NCBI GenBank assembly: GCA_030324005.1
Contig: JARDVH010000001.1
Location: 102,774,539-102,838,538, forward strand
Reading direction: 5' to 3'
Length of the DNA: 64,000 nt
Source of the DNA: Negaprion brevirostris
Lineage: Eukaryota
Positions 12,736-25,730 of the stretch are shown here, piece after piece (the stretch's first letter is position 1; each line of letters opens with the position of its first letter). A program made the translations under genes and the position numbers. The notes below the pieces were generated by a model, which saw only the letters and a list, made by a program, of their open reading frames with translations, did not search any database and was not told the DNA's origin.

Positions 12736-14950
12736 ATGGTCTCCAAATTTTTGGTTTGTTAATTGTGGTGATTGTTCCTTTAAGGGCAACACAGCAGAAT
12801 AAGTAAGGGTCATTTAAATGAAGTCTCTGAAAGTACATCGTTGCCGTAATGCAACATCCTATTTGTTCCGTTGACTGCTGCTTTCCATCAGTTTGATGCA
12901 TTTAATAAGGAGTGCACTGAGACTCCAAAATCTTTTAGCTTTCTTTCACTAATTATTTCAGCACAGCTCATGGAGTAAGTATGACATCTACTTTTCCTTC
13001 CGGTCCGTAGACCACACACATGGCTACTGAAAGTTGTTGCTGATGTCTAACTTCTTAAGTAATTTCTGAACTTCCTCTTCTGATTCCCCTTGTTTGTTAC
13101 CACCTAAAACTTGATTACTTTGCTTTTTGACTTCCTGAATCTTAGGCTGTATGTGTTGTCCTTCACCCCAGCACTCCTATCCCCTTTGACCTTGACTTCA
13201 ACATAACCCTTTAAATGTTTACCCCATTCTGAAGTTACAAAGCCAATGCTCAGAATGGACCCAGGCCCATGCCTTGCTTGGTCCAAAAACCAAAATGAAA
13301 ATCCACTTGAATCCAATTCAAGATCCGCACAAAAAAGACATACAAGATCCAAGCCAGCAAGATGAGCATTGCACCCCATCTTGGGCTTGATCAGATGCTT
13401 GATCTTAGCCTGAAGGTTGCTTGCTCCCCCTTCAATCTGTTTCCAAAGACCCATCATACAAGATGGATTTTAAAACCCAAAGTGCAGTATTTCAAAGGAA
13501 CTCCCTCCCCCCAGGTCTGATTTAATTTGCTTTACAATGTGTTGACTCAAAAGATAATAATCTTTGTGCTGGGCAATCTACAGAATGTATTTTTCCGTCA
13601 CAGGCATTCATGTTGGTTGCGGAAGGGATTGATTTTCACACAGTACCTGAACAGGACTGGTATGAATTCAACACCATTCCACAAATCTCTCCATCAAGCC
13701 AGCCCGTCTGAAATGAGATCGCCTAAGGGAATCGAACAAGCTCTGCTGACTGAAACCAAAGTGACTGCAGTAATACAACTCCTCCAGCTTGCTTTGTCTT
13801 AATTTGACGAACAAGTAAAACACAAGAAAGCAAATTAAGATCAAGTCTGCTCCATCGTGCATTGATAACCACTGGAAGCCAAAAACCTGCAACAATTTGT
13901 CATTTTGGATTCATCGCACTCAGGGCATGGTTAACTTACATATGTAAGTGCACAAATACAGAAGCCTTCAGCCAATCAATCACTTGCTGTAATAGCACTG
14001 ACAAACGTCACTCTATATTTTATGTCTATGCAGATTTTGCTCATCTGAATCAACATTTTGCACCACAGTCTATAACAAAAATTTTACACGCAAGAACCTT
14101 CTCATATTGCATCATTAACCCAATTAGGAAATGCAGCAATTGGTAATAACAAAGGAATTTGATGCAGCATAGAAATGAAGAAAAACACTTCTGAACTAAA
14201 AATCTAAATTAATTTGCATTCCATTATTAAATGTTTCGATTGTATACTTTCCATATCTTGGCCACCTATTAGCATGCTGCTTAAACCAGAAATACGATGA
14301 TCTTTCAGCATTTATAATCTCCCATACATCCCAGGATTTATCTTAGTTCGCTGGATATCAGACTGAGGACAAAGGAGTGGCCAGTAACAGAAACAGCTCA
14401 AAATGGAAAAGCAGTCCCAACCTACCTCTAATTATGTTGTGACCCTAATTCTAAAGAAGTAACTCCAGTCTCAGACAGATCTTGATGGTAGTTGTTCTAA
14501 GCGGCATGCATACTTCTGCTTTGTCACAATTTCATACAGTACACTTTTCGACCGTCCTGAACATTGCAAACTTCAGCAGGACTGAAACCCTAAACCGCGG
14601 CCTTCCTGAAACAGCTGTTGTAGCTTTTCTCTCGCCGGGAGAAGGGAGGTCTTTTCCTGCAAAAATAGGATTCAGTCGACAATTTTCTGCTCTGGAGCCT
14701 TACAGCTTTTGTAAAAGAAAACATCAACACAAGTCATGTTCTTTTCTATGAATGATGGTTACTGTATCACATTAAATTATTTTTTAAACACCTCCCATTG
14801 ATCTTCTGTCATTTTACCCATTGACAAATTTGCCCAGTTTACTGTGAACAGTCTCTGTCTCATCACATGGTGTCAGCATTGCCTAAATCTAGAATCTTTG
14901 TCGTTGTTTCATGTTTCTTCTTCTCAAGCACTATACTGGACTCAATCGCA

Positions 14951-15185
14951 TTGTTGTGACCCCAGCTGATGTTATTACTGGACAAGTAAGATCTTAAAAT
15001 GGAACCTAGTCTGATAGATCCTAACTTTCATTTATTGGTTAGAAATGTGGAGGGCGGTTCCTGAACAGTCACAAGTCTGCTGATAAATTTCTAACAAAAG
15101 AATAAAACATTTATTAAACCATAAAAGATTAACTATATTACACTATTCCTTCATCCCACCTATACCATTACAGACATTTTAAAGT
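14951..15185 (-). mobile_element. LTR-like 3' fragment
   Basis: Terminal TGTTGTG on +; AATAAA on minus about 160 bp inside; not otherwise classified. Confidence 0.35.
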
Positions 15186-15199
15186 TTAATTCATTATTA

Positions 15200-15470
15200 T
15201 TATTGCCATTATTAGGCTTTCATTAACACTGTGATGAAGTTAATGTGAAAATCCCCCAGTCTCCGCTCTCCAGCACCTGTTCGTGTACGCTGAAGGAGAA
15301 TTTAGCGTGGCCAATGCACTTAATCAGTATGTCTTTCAAATTGTGGGAGGAAACTGGAGCACCTGGAGGAAACCCACCGAGATACAGAGAGAATGTGCAA
15401 CCTCCAAGTGAATCCAACCTGGATTCCTGGTACTGTGAGGCAGTAATGCTAACCACTGTGCCACCGTGCT
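15200..15470 (-). mobile_element. HE1/V-SINE-type SINE, tail type B
   Basis: tRNA head, V-domain, type-B tail ending in (AAT)n. Confidence 0.88.
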
Positions 15471-15990
15471 GTGCACATATACACAGTTTTGCTAGGATTA
15501 CGTAACTTTCCGAATCGATCGTATACTTCAGTGTTCACAGTAAGTATACAATCCGTGCAAACCAATGGGCAATCTGTAGCTGGATGCACTATACTTTGAA
15601 ACCAAGTCACAGATGCCACCCAAAGCAACTTCTTTGGATCTCTTATCAACTCCCCCCCGACGATTGTCACATCATGAGTTAACCGGTCTCACTGAACCCT
15701 GTATTACACATGAGGGTTTCCAATTTCCACTCTTAAACAACACATCTTGGGATCTGCTCCCACAAGACACTTTCTCTTGGATATCTTCAACAAGGATCCA
15801 TTTCCACTGTTTTTTTCTCGCCTTCCAATTTTCCTCTCCCTGGATCACCAGCTGCATTCAAGTTTCACCTTCCACACCCTCACGTACTCAGCCATGTCAT
15901 CAGAACAGCATTGCTTCCCAGGCCTATAATAAGCAGTAACCAACCTTTGGCTGCCTCCTCAGATCCTCTGGCTTCTCGCCCCCTTATTTT

Positions 15991-16250
15991 CATAGAATCC
16001 TTACAGTGCAGAAGGAGGCCATCTGGCCCATCGTGTCTGAACAGACAACAATCCCATCCAAGCCCTATCCTTGTAACCCCACATAATCCCCCTGAGATTA
16101 AGGGGAAATCTCACCCAGACCTGTCCTCTGTAACCCCAAATACTTACCTCTATAATTCCCCTAAACTAAACATCTTGGGACACTGGACAGCAATTTACCA
16201 TGGCCAATCCAGCTAACCACCCAATTTACCATGGCCAATCCACCTAACTT
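15991..16250 (-). mobile_element. 5'-truncated HE1 SINE / HER1 tail with internal ~31-bp tandem duplication
   Basis: CATAGAATCCTTACAGTGCAGAAGGAGGCC tail; CAATTTACCATGGCCAATCCA occurs twice at 16191-16247. Confidence 0.75.
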
Positions 16251-16894
16251 TTGTTTCAAGAGTGCTCCCTGCAGCTTTCAGTCTTTAATTTGGAGCCTTC
16301 TGCTCTGCTCCCTACTTTAACTTTATTGAACAGGACCTATTTTTGATCCCTGTCCTTGTTCCTCGACTTGGGATCTTGGGATCTTCCTGTCCCAATTGCA
16401 GGTTTTGGAGTTTCTTTTTATCTTTTGGGAAGTGTGTTCCCCGGAGATTCCATCCTGCTAATTCTGTGCCTCTCTGTGCAATGGCACTTTCTTCTGGATT
16501 ACTTAACACTCTTTTGCATAACACTTCATTTTAATTTTTTTTTTGCAGGTACAGGACTCCCTTTAAATTAGAAAAAAAAATGAACTGCACATGTGTGTAG
16601 GCCCATTTACAAGCTTTGTGTGGGTCCCAACAAACAGCTCCAGCCGGCACATTCACAAAACCACGAATATAGGGAAAACATTTGCGCACTTACAGACATT
16701 CGATGGCCGATGCATATGCATGGACTGTTGTGGCATACTGGAACTTGTAGTTCTCAGTCTTCAGGACCCAATCATCATTAAAAAGATAAGTTTTCTTTTA
16801 TTTCTTCTGGGGTCCATAAGACCTTCCCCCCCTTGAAAGAAAAAGAGGCTTCACACAGTGAAGGTGTCTTTACACTTTATGTTTGCTTCATACA

Positions 16895-17560
16895 AACCTA
16901 TCCCATAGTGGGATCTACAAGGAGCACTCCTCCTTCCTGAACATTCTGAGGAGCAATATCACAGATGCTTAAAGGAGGCCATTACTGAGTTGCATATATA
17001 ACATGCGTCTTAAACCGAGGCAAGGGCCACATTTCTCATGGGAGTGAAGGTCAACTTTGTCCTTCATTTTTTGCAATGGGCTCCTTCCAGACTGCAGCAG
17101 GTGACATCAGTCACATCTCCCAGTTTGCATACCAAACTGTATCAGGGAAGTCACTGAGTTTCGTTATGCCAGGAAGAACATTGACATTTCCTTCAACCTG
17201 ACAGAACAGAACAAGAAAGCAGTCATTGCAATGCAGGCTTTCCCAATGAAAAAGGTGTCGTTGACTGTACCAACATTATTGTGCATGCTCCCCATCATTA
17301 GCCTAGCATCTTTATCAATCAAAAGGGATTTCGCTCCCCCAGTGCACGGGTGTGAATGGACCACTGGCAGTGCAGCATGCAGGTCAATGCCTGGCTCCTT
17401 ATTGGAATTGCCTGGATTTTCACTAGGTCAGGGTCACTCAGGAGCCCTTTAGAAATGACACAATTCCAGGATTCCAGACTCTACTTCCAGGCAGTCTAAT
17501 TATCACTCCTTTTAAGGGTGTAGGCTGGTTCTGGTCAAGAACCTGCACCCTGTACTCCCA
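16895..17560 (+). mobile_element. PIF/Harbinger (HARBI1-like DDE) transposase relic
   Basis: Frameshifted translation VLHFFAMGSFQTAAGDISHISQFA..CIREVTE..GFP..GVVDCTNI..AP..SFINQKGF..PGS matches Harbinger transposase motifs. Confidence 0.8.
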
Positions 17561-18039
17561 ACCTGGCTGGTTCCATTGCAGGATAGGTGTGTCTTAGTTC
17601 TTTTTTTTGAGCTGGGACGGTTTTTAAATAGTAATGGTTAATGACTCTCAGAGGTGTCATGAATGATATTCTGCATGAGGGAATCTTTTAAAATATACAT
17701 TCAAAAGCTCCTCCCCATGCCAGGATATGCCCCCCCATCCACGCCGGGGCTCCTCGTGCCCCACTGCCATGGTATCCCATCCCTTCCTTTACGCTATGGC
17801 CCCTCACAGTGGCCATGCTAAGCTCTGCCACTTCCATGAACATTCACCCCTATTCACTGCACAGAACCAGTGGGCACTCTTTTTACAATAGGATGTGTAC
17901 AAAGCTTCAGAAACCAAACCATTGAAAGTCATTCATAAATTTCCAACCTTTTTTTAAAATATCTCCTTCTTACTATAGGCCAATAAATGTGTCAATTATT
18001 CAACCTCTTTAAAGTTTCATTAACTAAAACTTTGATAGC

Positions 18040-18775
18040 AATAATAGGAAGACAGATTATTACTTGAATGGGTGTAAATTGAGAGAGGTGGATACTCAGC
18101 AAGATCTTGATGTCCTCGTGCACCAGTCACTGAAAGCAAGCACACAGGTACAGCAGGCTATAAAGAAGGCAAATGGTATGTTGGCCTTCATAGCAACAGG
18201 ATTTGAGTATAGGCATAGAGATGTTTTGCTGCATTTGGATCGGATGTTGGTNNNNNNNNNNNNNNNNNNNNNNNNNNNNNNNNNNNNNNNNNNNNNNNNN
18301 NNNNNNNNNNNNNNNNNNNNNNNNNNNNNNNNNNNNNNNNNNNNNNNNNNNNNNNNNNNNNNNNNNNNNNNNNNNNNNNNNNNNNNNNNNNNNNNNNNNN
18401 NNNNNNNNNNNNNNNNNNNNNNNNNNNNNNNNNNNNNNNNNNNNNNNNNNNNNNNNNNNNNNNNNNNNNNNNNNNNNNNNNNNNNNNNNNNNNNNNNNNN
18501 NNNNNNNNNNNNNNNNNNNNNNNNNNNNNNNNNNNNNNNNNNNNNNNNNNNNNNNNNNNNNNNNNNNNNNNNNNNNNNNNNNNNNNNNNNNNNNNNNNNN
18601 NNNNNNNNNNNNNNNNNNNNNNNNNNNNNNNNNGCTAAAGGGATCAAGGGATATGGGAAGAAGGGGGGAATCAAGATATTGAATTTGATGATCAGCCATG
18701 ATCAAAATGAATGGCAGAGCAGACTCGAATGGCTGAATGGCTTACTTCTGTTTCTAGTTTCTATGTTACTATGTA
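18040..18775 (+). mobile_element. CR1/HER1 LINE 3' fragment spanning an assembly gap
   Basis: QQDLDVLVHQSLKASTQVQQAIKKANGMLAFI then, after the Ns, the 3' tail GATCAGCCATGATC...GGCTGAATGGCTTACTTCTG. Confidence 0.88.
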
Positions 18776-18944
18776 AAACTACGAGCATGGAAATTTTGGG
18801 CTTTCAGTCAAGCCTCATTATGTATTCTTGGCTGAGAGTCCAAATGTCCATTAGAAGACTAAAACACCTGAGCTCCAGATAACACATTACTAGATTGACA
18901 GTTCTGACTGTCTCATCTGTGCTGTCAATGTTACAATGAAACGA

Positions 18945-19060
18945 AAACAGAAAACACTGGAATATTCAGCAGGTTTCACAACATCAGTGAAATGTTCACT
19001 GTTTCACTCGACTCAGATGCTGCCAGAACCGTTGATTATTTCCAGCATTGTGTGTTGCCA
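18945..19060. repeat. short hairpin-like repeat (possibly Penelope-derived)
   Basis: AACACTGGAATATTCAGCAGGT ... CCGTTGATTATTTCCAGCATT imperfect inverted ends; related remnants near 33230 and 52090-52130. Confidence 0.4.
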
Positions 19061-19129
19061 TTGCGCAAAAACAACATCCTCTACTCAAACACATCAGATT
19101 AATCAAAGCCAACACCTTGAATTGAGATT

Positions 19130-19860
19130 CATGGTAAAATGGTAGAAAATGCCCATCACTTCCGATACCTTGGAAGCAAGCTAACCCAAAAAACTGACAT
19201 TGATGAAGGGGCACAGTACCAAATCCAATGTGCTGCTCAGCCTATGATAAATGACATGCTCAACTGTAGTTTCAGATCTGAGATTAAACTCATAATGCAG
19301 TGGTATTCCCCACTATTCTCTATGAAGCAGAAACTTTGACAATTTATTGATGCCATTTTAATCTCTCAGAACAACATCATCAACGTTTCTCAGAAAGATC
19401 TTGTAAATCAACTGGCACAGCAAAAGAAAATATGGGAGCATCCTTCAAGAGGCAGATAGCCAAACATCAAGACCATAATAATCCCACATCACCGAATTGG
19501 ATGCATTGCTTCCCAAACAGATGCTCTACTCAAAGCTACACCAGGGAGCCCTTTCACAAAGGAACCAAAGGAAAGTTTGCAAAGACAGTCTCAAAGTTCT
19601 ATTAACATCAACAAATGGGAAGCAGTTGCTCCAGCCAGGATTAAAACATCAATCCATCATTGAAAATGGTGTCAAGACCTCACAATTAATAAGCACAGAA
19701 ATGGAAAGAGAAGGGAGTTGCTCAAGCCAACAATCCATCACCACCTTTACTGATCAACAATTAATGTCCTCACTGTGGCAGACCCTCAAGTTAAGATAAG
19801 GCTCATAAGCAACAATTGACATCTCACTTCCCTGCAGCCATCTGCAAGGAGGAATTGCCT
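19130..19860 (+). mobile_element. RTE-clade LINE 3' relic
   Basis: VENAHHFRYLGSKLTQKTDIDE..QIQCA; LPKQMLYSKLHQG..QRKVCKDSLK; terminal CPHCGR zinc-knuckle-like motif. Confidence 0.8.
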
Positions 19861-20919
19861 TCGGATCAAGGGATTGTTAATGATGATAAATCCAGAGCAA
19901 GCTCTGTACTGTCAGAGGTACCATCTTTCAAATGCAATGTAAGATCGTGCTTGGGGAGTACATACCCAGGATTTTGAGCACACCAGCCACGTTGTATTCC
20001 ATCCATTAATGTTAATGCATCCAAAAATATTCTTGCAGCAAGCAAAGCTGCAAGCCTGAGCACAATTTTATAAAGTTACTCATTTAGAGCTCAGAAACAA
20101 AAATATGGGAAATATATATTTTGTCTAAAAAACAAATTTAAAGAAAAACAGATTCAATTTGTTCTAAACTATGTTGATCTTGTAATGGTTATAGTAACAG
20201 CTGGTAACCAGACTTCCTGAATTGTTTTGAGAACTCAGCTCCTGTTATCCACTATTGTCGTGAAGAGCCAAAGGGACTCCAAAATCTTTCTTTGTTGTAG
20301 GCGTGACATTTCCAGACATTGAGCCAAGCACTGGCATTGATCCTACTCTCCTGTGTCTTACTCCCTTAAAATGGCTTGCATTACTCATCCCTATGAGTGC
20401 AGTACATGTGACTGTAACCACTCAATCAAATAGCTCAAGTTAAAAAATTCTGTGCAAATGGTTAAAATGTTGCACTTAACATACAGATATATACTACAAA
20501 TAGATTCCCAATTTCCTCTTTTTATTTCTTAGAAATATTCCAAAATACTTTAAGTAGTAACTGTTATATAAAAAAAAGCATTGCATTTTGTTACAAGGCA
20601 ACATCCCTTTATTGTTGTAATTTGATTCTTCAACTTTCAGCTGATTGGAACTTTTGCAATTTGAACTGAAATAGAGCAAGCCGCTTAAAAATGCAAGGCC
20701 ACATTGCAAGGTGAAGGTGAGAACCAAAAAAAATCACCCGCGAGGGAATGTGGAGAGAGAGACATTTCCTATAATCCTATACCCATCAAAACTTGTTACG
20801 GTCTCAGGAAGACCCATTAAAATGCAGACTACTGATATTGAAATAATGGCTGCCTAAGACAGACCCAGCCAAAATCTCAATGGGTGAAGTATTTCAAGGC
20901 ATAGTTGCCAACCACTAGA

Positions 20920-21570
20920 CAAGGCGAATGGAATTTTGTCGTTCACTGCTAGAGGGATGGAGTTTAAAAACAGGGAGGTTACACTGCAGCTGCATAAGGT
21001 GCTGGTGAGGCCACACCTGGAGTATTGTGTACAGTTTTGGTCTCCTTACTTGAGAAAGGGTATACTGGCACTGGAGGGGATGCAGAGGAGATTCATTATA
21101 TTGATTCCAGAGTTGAGAAGGTTGGCTTATGAAGACGGACTGAGTAGACTGAGAGCATGCTCATTGGAATTTAGCAGAATGAGGGGGGATGTTATAGAAA
21201 CATAAAATTATGAACAGAATAGGTAAGATAGAAGCAGGGACGCTGTTTCCACTGGTGGGTGAAACTGGAGCTTAAGGGCCACAGTCTCAAAATAATGGGG
21301 AGTAGATTTAGGACTGAATTGAGTAAAAACTTCTTCACCCAAAGGATCATGAATCTGTGGAATTCCCTGCCTAGTGTAGCAGTTGAGGCTACCTTGGTGA
21401 ATGTTTTTAAGGCAATGATTTTTAAACAGTAAAGGAATTAAAGGCTATGATAAGTGGGCAGGTAAGTGGACTTGATTCGATGAAAAGATCAGCCATGATC
21501 TTATTGAGTGGCAGAGTAGGTTCAAGGATCAGATGGCCTATTCCTGCTCCTAGCTCTTACGTTCTTATGT
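20920..21570 (+). mobile_element. CR1/HER1 LINE 3' fragment
   Basis: LHKVLVRPHLEYCVQFWSPYLRK..LEGMQRRF..RMRGDVIET; FFTQRIMNLWNSLP; 3' tail. Confidence 0.93.
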
Positions 21571-21602
21571 AGGTTTGATAATTTGTGTTGATAAAAGTGA
21601 AA

Positions 21603-22062
21603 ACAGTGGGGCTGCACTGCTGCCTCAAAGCTCCAAGGATCCGGGTTCAATTCGGGCCTCAGGTCACTATCTGTGTGGAGTTTGCAAATTCTCCCCATGT
21701 CTGTGTGGGTTTCTTTCGGGTACTCTGTTTTCCTCCCACAGTCCAAAGATGTGCAAGTTAGGGGGATTGCTCCATGNNNNNNNNNNNNNNNNNNNNNNNN
21801 NNNNNNNNNNNNNNNNNNNNNNNNNNNNNNNNNNNNNNNNNNNNNNNNNNNNNNNNNNNNNNNNNNNNNNNNNNNNCAAGTTAGGGGGATTGCTCCATGC
21901 TAAATTGTCTTTCAGTGTCCAAGATGTGTAGATTAGATGAATTAGCAGTGGTAAAAGTGATAGGGCCGGGGAGAGGGCCTGGATAAGATACCTTGTCGGA
22001 GAGTCGGTGCAGTCTCAATGGGCTGAATGGCTTCTCCTGCACTGTAGGGATTCTATGATTCT
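21603..22062 (+). mobile_element. HE1 SINE (tail A) split by a 100-N gap
   Basis: tRNA head, V-domain, tail GGGCTGAATGGC..CTGCACTGTAGGGATTCTATGATTC. Confidence 0.88.
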
Positions 22063-22487
22063 AAATCAAATTGCGCTATAGAAACATCCAAAGCAATTTC
22101 CATCATTGTCATTCTTCTAAAATGGCAGCATCAATCAGAAAAACTGAGAGAAATTCTTGAAAAAAAAACAAATAGCAGGTGACCTTAAAAGAAATGACAT
22201 AGCTTACAATGCATAGCTTATAACAAAAAAAATGAACAGAAACTCAGTCGATGGTCTTCCTTTAATTTTCTTGAACACGTTCCAAGATTCCCAATGCACC
22301 TATTTTATGTACACAAGATCTGTGGTGTGAGCACAACTTCACCTAAAGTCACGAATTGTGGCAGAGGGTCCAATTTGTGTCAATATGCTATTGAATGAGG
22401 TTTGCTCCAGTCTGCAGCTGGCAGTACTCTGTTCCCTGAAATAGCGCAGTGTAAAATGGCAAACATGCAGCATTCACCATCAAAGTG

Positions 22488-22677
22488 GCTGAGCAAAATT
22501 TCCCCCGTTGCAGCATGTGGGCTTTAGGGGTTGGATTCCTGTGGGGCTTCTCCTGTTCANNNNNNNNNNNNNNNNNNNNNNNNNNNNNNNNNNNNNNNNN
22601 NNNNNNNNNNNNNNNNNNNNNNNNNNNNNNNNNNNNNNNNNNNNNNNNNNNNNNNNNNNNNNNNNGAAATCCGCCCC
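22488..22677. mobile_element. Harbinger-type MITE spanning a gap
   Basis: Ends GAGCAAAATTTC / GAAATCCGCCCC. Confidence 0.4.
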
Positions 22678-22748
22678 TTTTAGCTCTTTCAAATTTCTTT
22701 TTGATTCTTTGACATATAATTTTGTGAAAGGTCTGAATAATTTACACA

Positions 22749-23035
22749 CACAGTGCAGAAGGCGGCCATTTGGCCCATCAAGTCTGTACTGACCACAATC
22801 CCACCCAGGCCCTATTCCCATAATCTCATGCATTTCCTATGCTAGTCCCCCTGACATTAAGGGGTAATTTAGCGTGGCCAATCAACTTAACCCACACATC
22901 TTTAGACTGTGGGAGGAAACCGGAACACCAAGAGGAAACCCGCAGAGACATGGGGAGACAGTGACCCAAGCCAGGAATCAAACCCAGGTCCCTGGCACTG
23001 TGAGGCAGCTGTGTTAACCACTGTGCCACCGTGCC
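22749..23035 (-). mobile_element. HE1 SINE (tail A)
   Basis: Head, V-domain and HER1-like tail on the minus strand. Confidence 0.92.
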
Positions 23036-23984
23036 GGCTGCACTCATTCATGATGTTTTGGATTCAAGGTATAGAAAGTCTCGAGGCCGTTTTTTTATGA
23101 AAACAAGAAACTTGCACTTAATATAGCAGTTTCCTATCTTCCATTCCCAAAGCATTTCACAGTGAATGATGTGTAATCTCACAATAATAAAGCCAACAAT
23201 TAAATTCCCAGAAGTTATTTTGAAATGCTGAAAGAATTGACTTATATTCCACATGAAACAGAGCTAAATGCCATTTTATTTCTACTATTCTATAGCCGAT
23301 TAAGTAATGAATAAAACACAAAATAAGACAGCACTCACAATGTCACTGGACATCCTTGACTCCTTGTGGGAGCAAACAGGTTTCAACATGCTGAATCGGA
23401 ACCATTTCAGTTCCTCTGGATGAGATTTCAAGTATCAAAGGCGAGAGTTATGCTTGGGTCACTATTATCTATGTGTTCGCCTCACAGCAGCCAGCACTGA
23501 AGTGTGCAAGTTCACAGAAGCACACACCATTCTGTTTCTTGGCTGCAAGAGATATGTGTGCTGCTGGGAAGATCAAGAGGAACCGTGATGAAAACAGATG
23601 CTTTGTATCTTTCAAAAATAAACAATTGCTAAATTTTTTCCCATGATATAGTTATAGAAACATCTCCACCAGGTCAATATTCCAACACAATTTTGGCTAT
23701 AGGTTATAGCTGAGATGTTTTTACTGTGCTAGGTTGAAACTTTTAATGATCTTCGACATATTTATACACTAATAGCTGAAGCCAATTATTCAATTAATTA
23801 TGGCATGTTGTTAATAACAATGCTTAATGCAGTTTGTTCCCCCAATTACTTGGCCTCTTTTAAGGTCAAACCAAATAAACACCCCCCCAATTATTTGGAA
23901 TTAAGTCTAGGCAGCTGAATGAGCACCCATGGAAATTAGCTCCCTTAATTTTACCACTTAGGCCTGTCTGGAACAGGGTTTTGT

Positions 23985-24790
23985 TGTGATATTAGTACAG
24001 ATATGTGTCTGCCAATACTGCAGGAGCCCCACAATGTACACTTTTAGATTATAAAGAATAACCAGACAGCTTTCTGAGTTTAAAGTAAAGAACAAGGTAA
24101 GTTCATTGACCCTGCTGTGTACATTAAAAATAAACTCAGCAAGTCACAGCCATCATTTATACGTCGCACATGTTTCTTGGGACCCACATACATTACGATA
24201 GATGGTAGAATACTGGTGAGACTTCAAGATTTTTGCTATTCTGTGAAGATAATAAACAATCAACAAAATATACAGTTAATTGTCCTTTGCCTGGTCTTGA
24301 AGCGATGATTCCATTTGGCAGCCATTTTTCTCAGTTGCCTTCCTGGGTGTAGTTATCGGAGCAGATTTCCATATTTTGTCCTCCAAAAGATTTTGATTTA
24401 TAGTAGATTTTTCTTCTCCAGTTGACTAATTTTCAAATTAATACTTCAGAACCAGAGCGAACTCTTTGTAGCCTTTCAGTATAGCCTTCTGATCTCTGGT
24501 CTCCAGTTTCATAAACAGTTCTTAACAGTCTTGCTGGTTAAATATTTCAGAAGAATTTGAAGCATAATAGCGTAAAAACCAACAGGATATAGGGTCTTTC
24601 ATGCTCCTCAGGGGGTTTGAGAGTCTGTTCCTTTTCTTCCCAGTTGGGTGATATGAAAGATCGGATATTGTAGCTGGCTGAAAGTCACTCCATTGCCTTA
24701 ATGGGATTACAGTTTATAAAGATCCAGCCAGAAAAAGATTTATTAGAAGTTGTATCTTTTTCTTTCAAAGTTAATCACATCCTTGTAACA
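23985..24790 (-). mobile_element. solo-LTR-like element
   Basis: Bounded by TGT...ACA; no ORF; no clear TSD. Confidence 0.4.
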
Positions 24791-24849
24791 GTACAATAAT
24801 AGGTAACGCATCATGTACCCACAGAAGGATGAGTTGCATAGGGCCAACT

Positions 24850-25730
24850 CTACAGTTACAGAAGGCCAATTTCCAAGCTGAAGGTGGAAAAACAAAGAGA
24901 GAGAGATCTTTCTTATAATCCAGACATTTGTTGAAACTTGTCTCTGTCTAAGGGAGAGTTATTAAAATGCAAAGTACTGCATATTCAAAAATGGCTGCAC
25001 GAAAGGAGACACACCCAAAACCTGTTGGAAAAGCACAATGGGTGAAATATAACAGGCCAGACTGCCAGCCACCGCAAAGGGATTGCAAGAAAGTTTGTAG
25101 CATTAAAGACAAGCAGAAAGAGTGTATCTCACCCTCACTTCTGAAGCAAGATTATTACTTGGTTCAGAAGCCAAATTTACTGGAAACTTACCAGTGAACC
25201 AAGATGTCATAATAATTGCAACATCTTCTACATCTGACCGCATCCACAAAACCAGCAAACCTGAACCAACTGCAATGTTTAGAAATGAACACCTCAAGGA
25301 CAATCAAAGGACATTTAACTGTACAGTCTTCCAACTTTTTTTATTTGATTCTAGCTTCCCTCATTTCTGACACCTGTATCTGTGTGTGTGTATGTGTGTA
25401 TGTATGTTCATGTGTATATGCATGCATTGTGTTGTATATGTTTGCATGTATGTACATGTGTTTGTGTGTATGTGTGTGGACTCTAGTGACTGCATGTTTG
25501 ACATTGTGATTTTGGTATTTTTCTTGGAATTTTATGGTTAATAAATTTGCTTTTTAACTCAAGAAAACCTTGTTTGGTTGGCTCCTTATTGCATACAGCT
25601 TAAGTAGTTAAATACATTTAGATTCGGAAAAGGCATATCCTTTCGAAAAATAAACTTAAACCTTTGTTGTGACGTAAGAGGTTGAATAGATGGGACCCAA
25701 TTCAACCCTTCTTGCCTGGTTGGAATAAAT
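24850..25730 (+). mobile_element. solo-LTR-like element containing a TG-rich tract and AATAAA
   Basis: 3' part (TTAATAAA..ACTCAAGAAAACCTTGTTTGGTTGGCTCCTTATT..CTTTGTTGTGAC) matches the reverse complement of 36184-36370. Confidence 0.55.
25375..25480. repeat. degenerate (TG/TATG)n microsatellite
   Basis: tgtgtgtgtgtatgtgtgtatgtatg... seen directly. Confidence 0.85.

Noticed and set aside
15480-15990. Possible Penelope ORF relic
   Set aside because: Only vague resemblance; no RT or GIY-YIG motif is readable.
18064-18882. Long ORFs crossing N-runs (also 9393, 21575, 22480, 39958, 53830, 54071)
   Set aside because: They stay open only because Ns translate as X; where recognisable, the flanks are LINE or SINE fragments.
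21754-21899. 23-bp direct repeat CAAGTTAGGGGGATTGCTCCATG on both sides of a 100-N gap
   Set aside because: Typical unmerged contig overlap at a fixed-size gap, not a biological duplication or CRISPR repeat.
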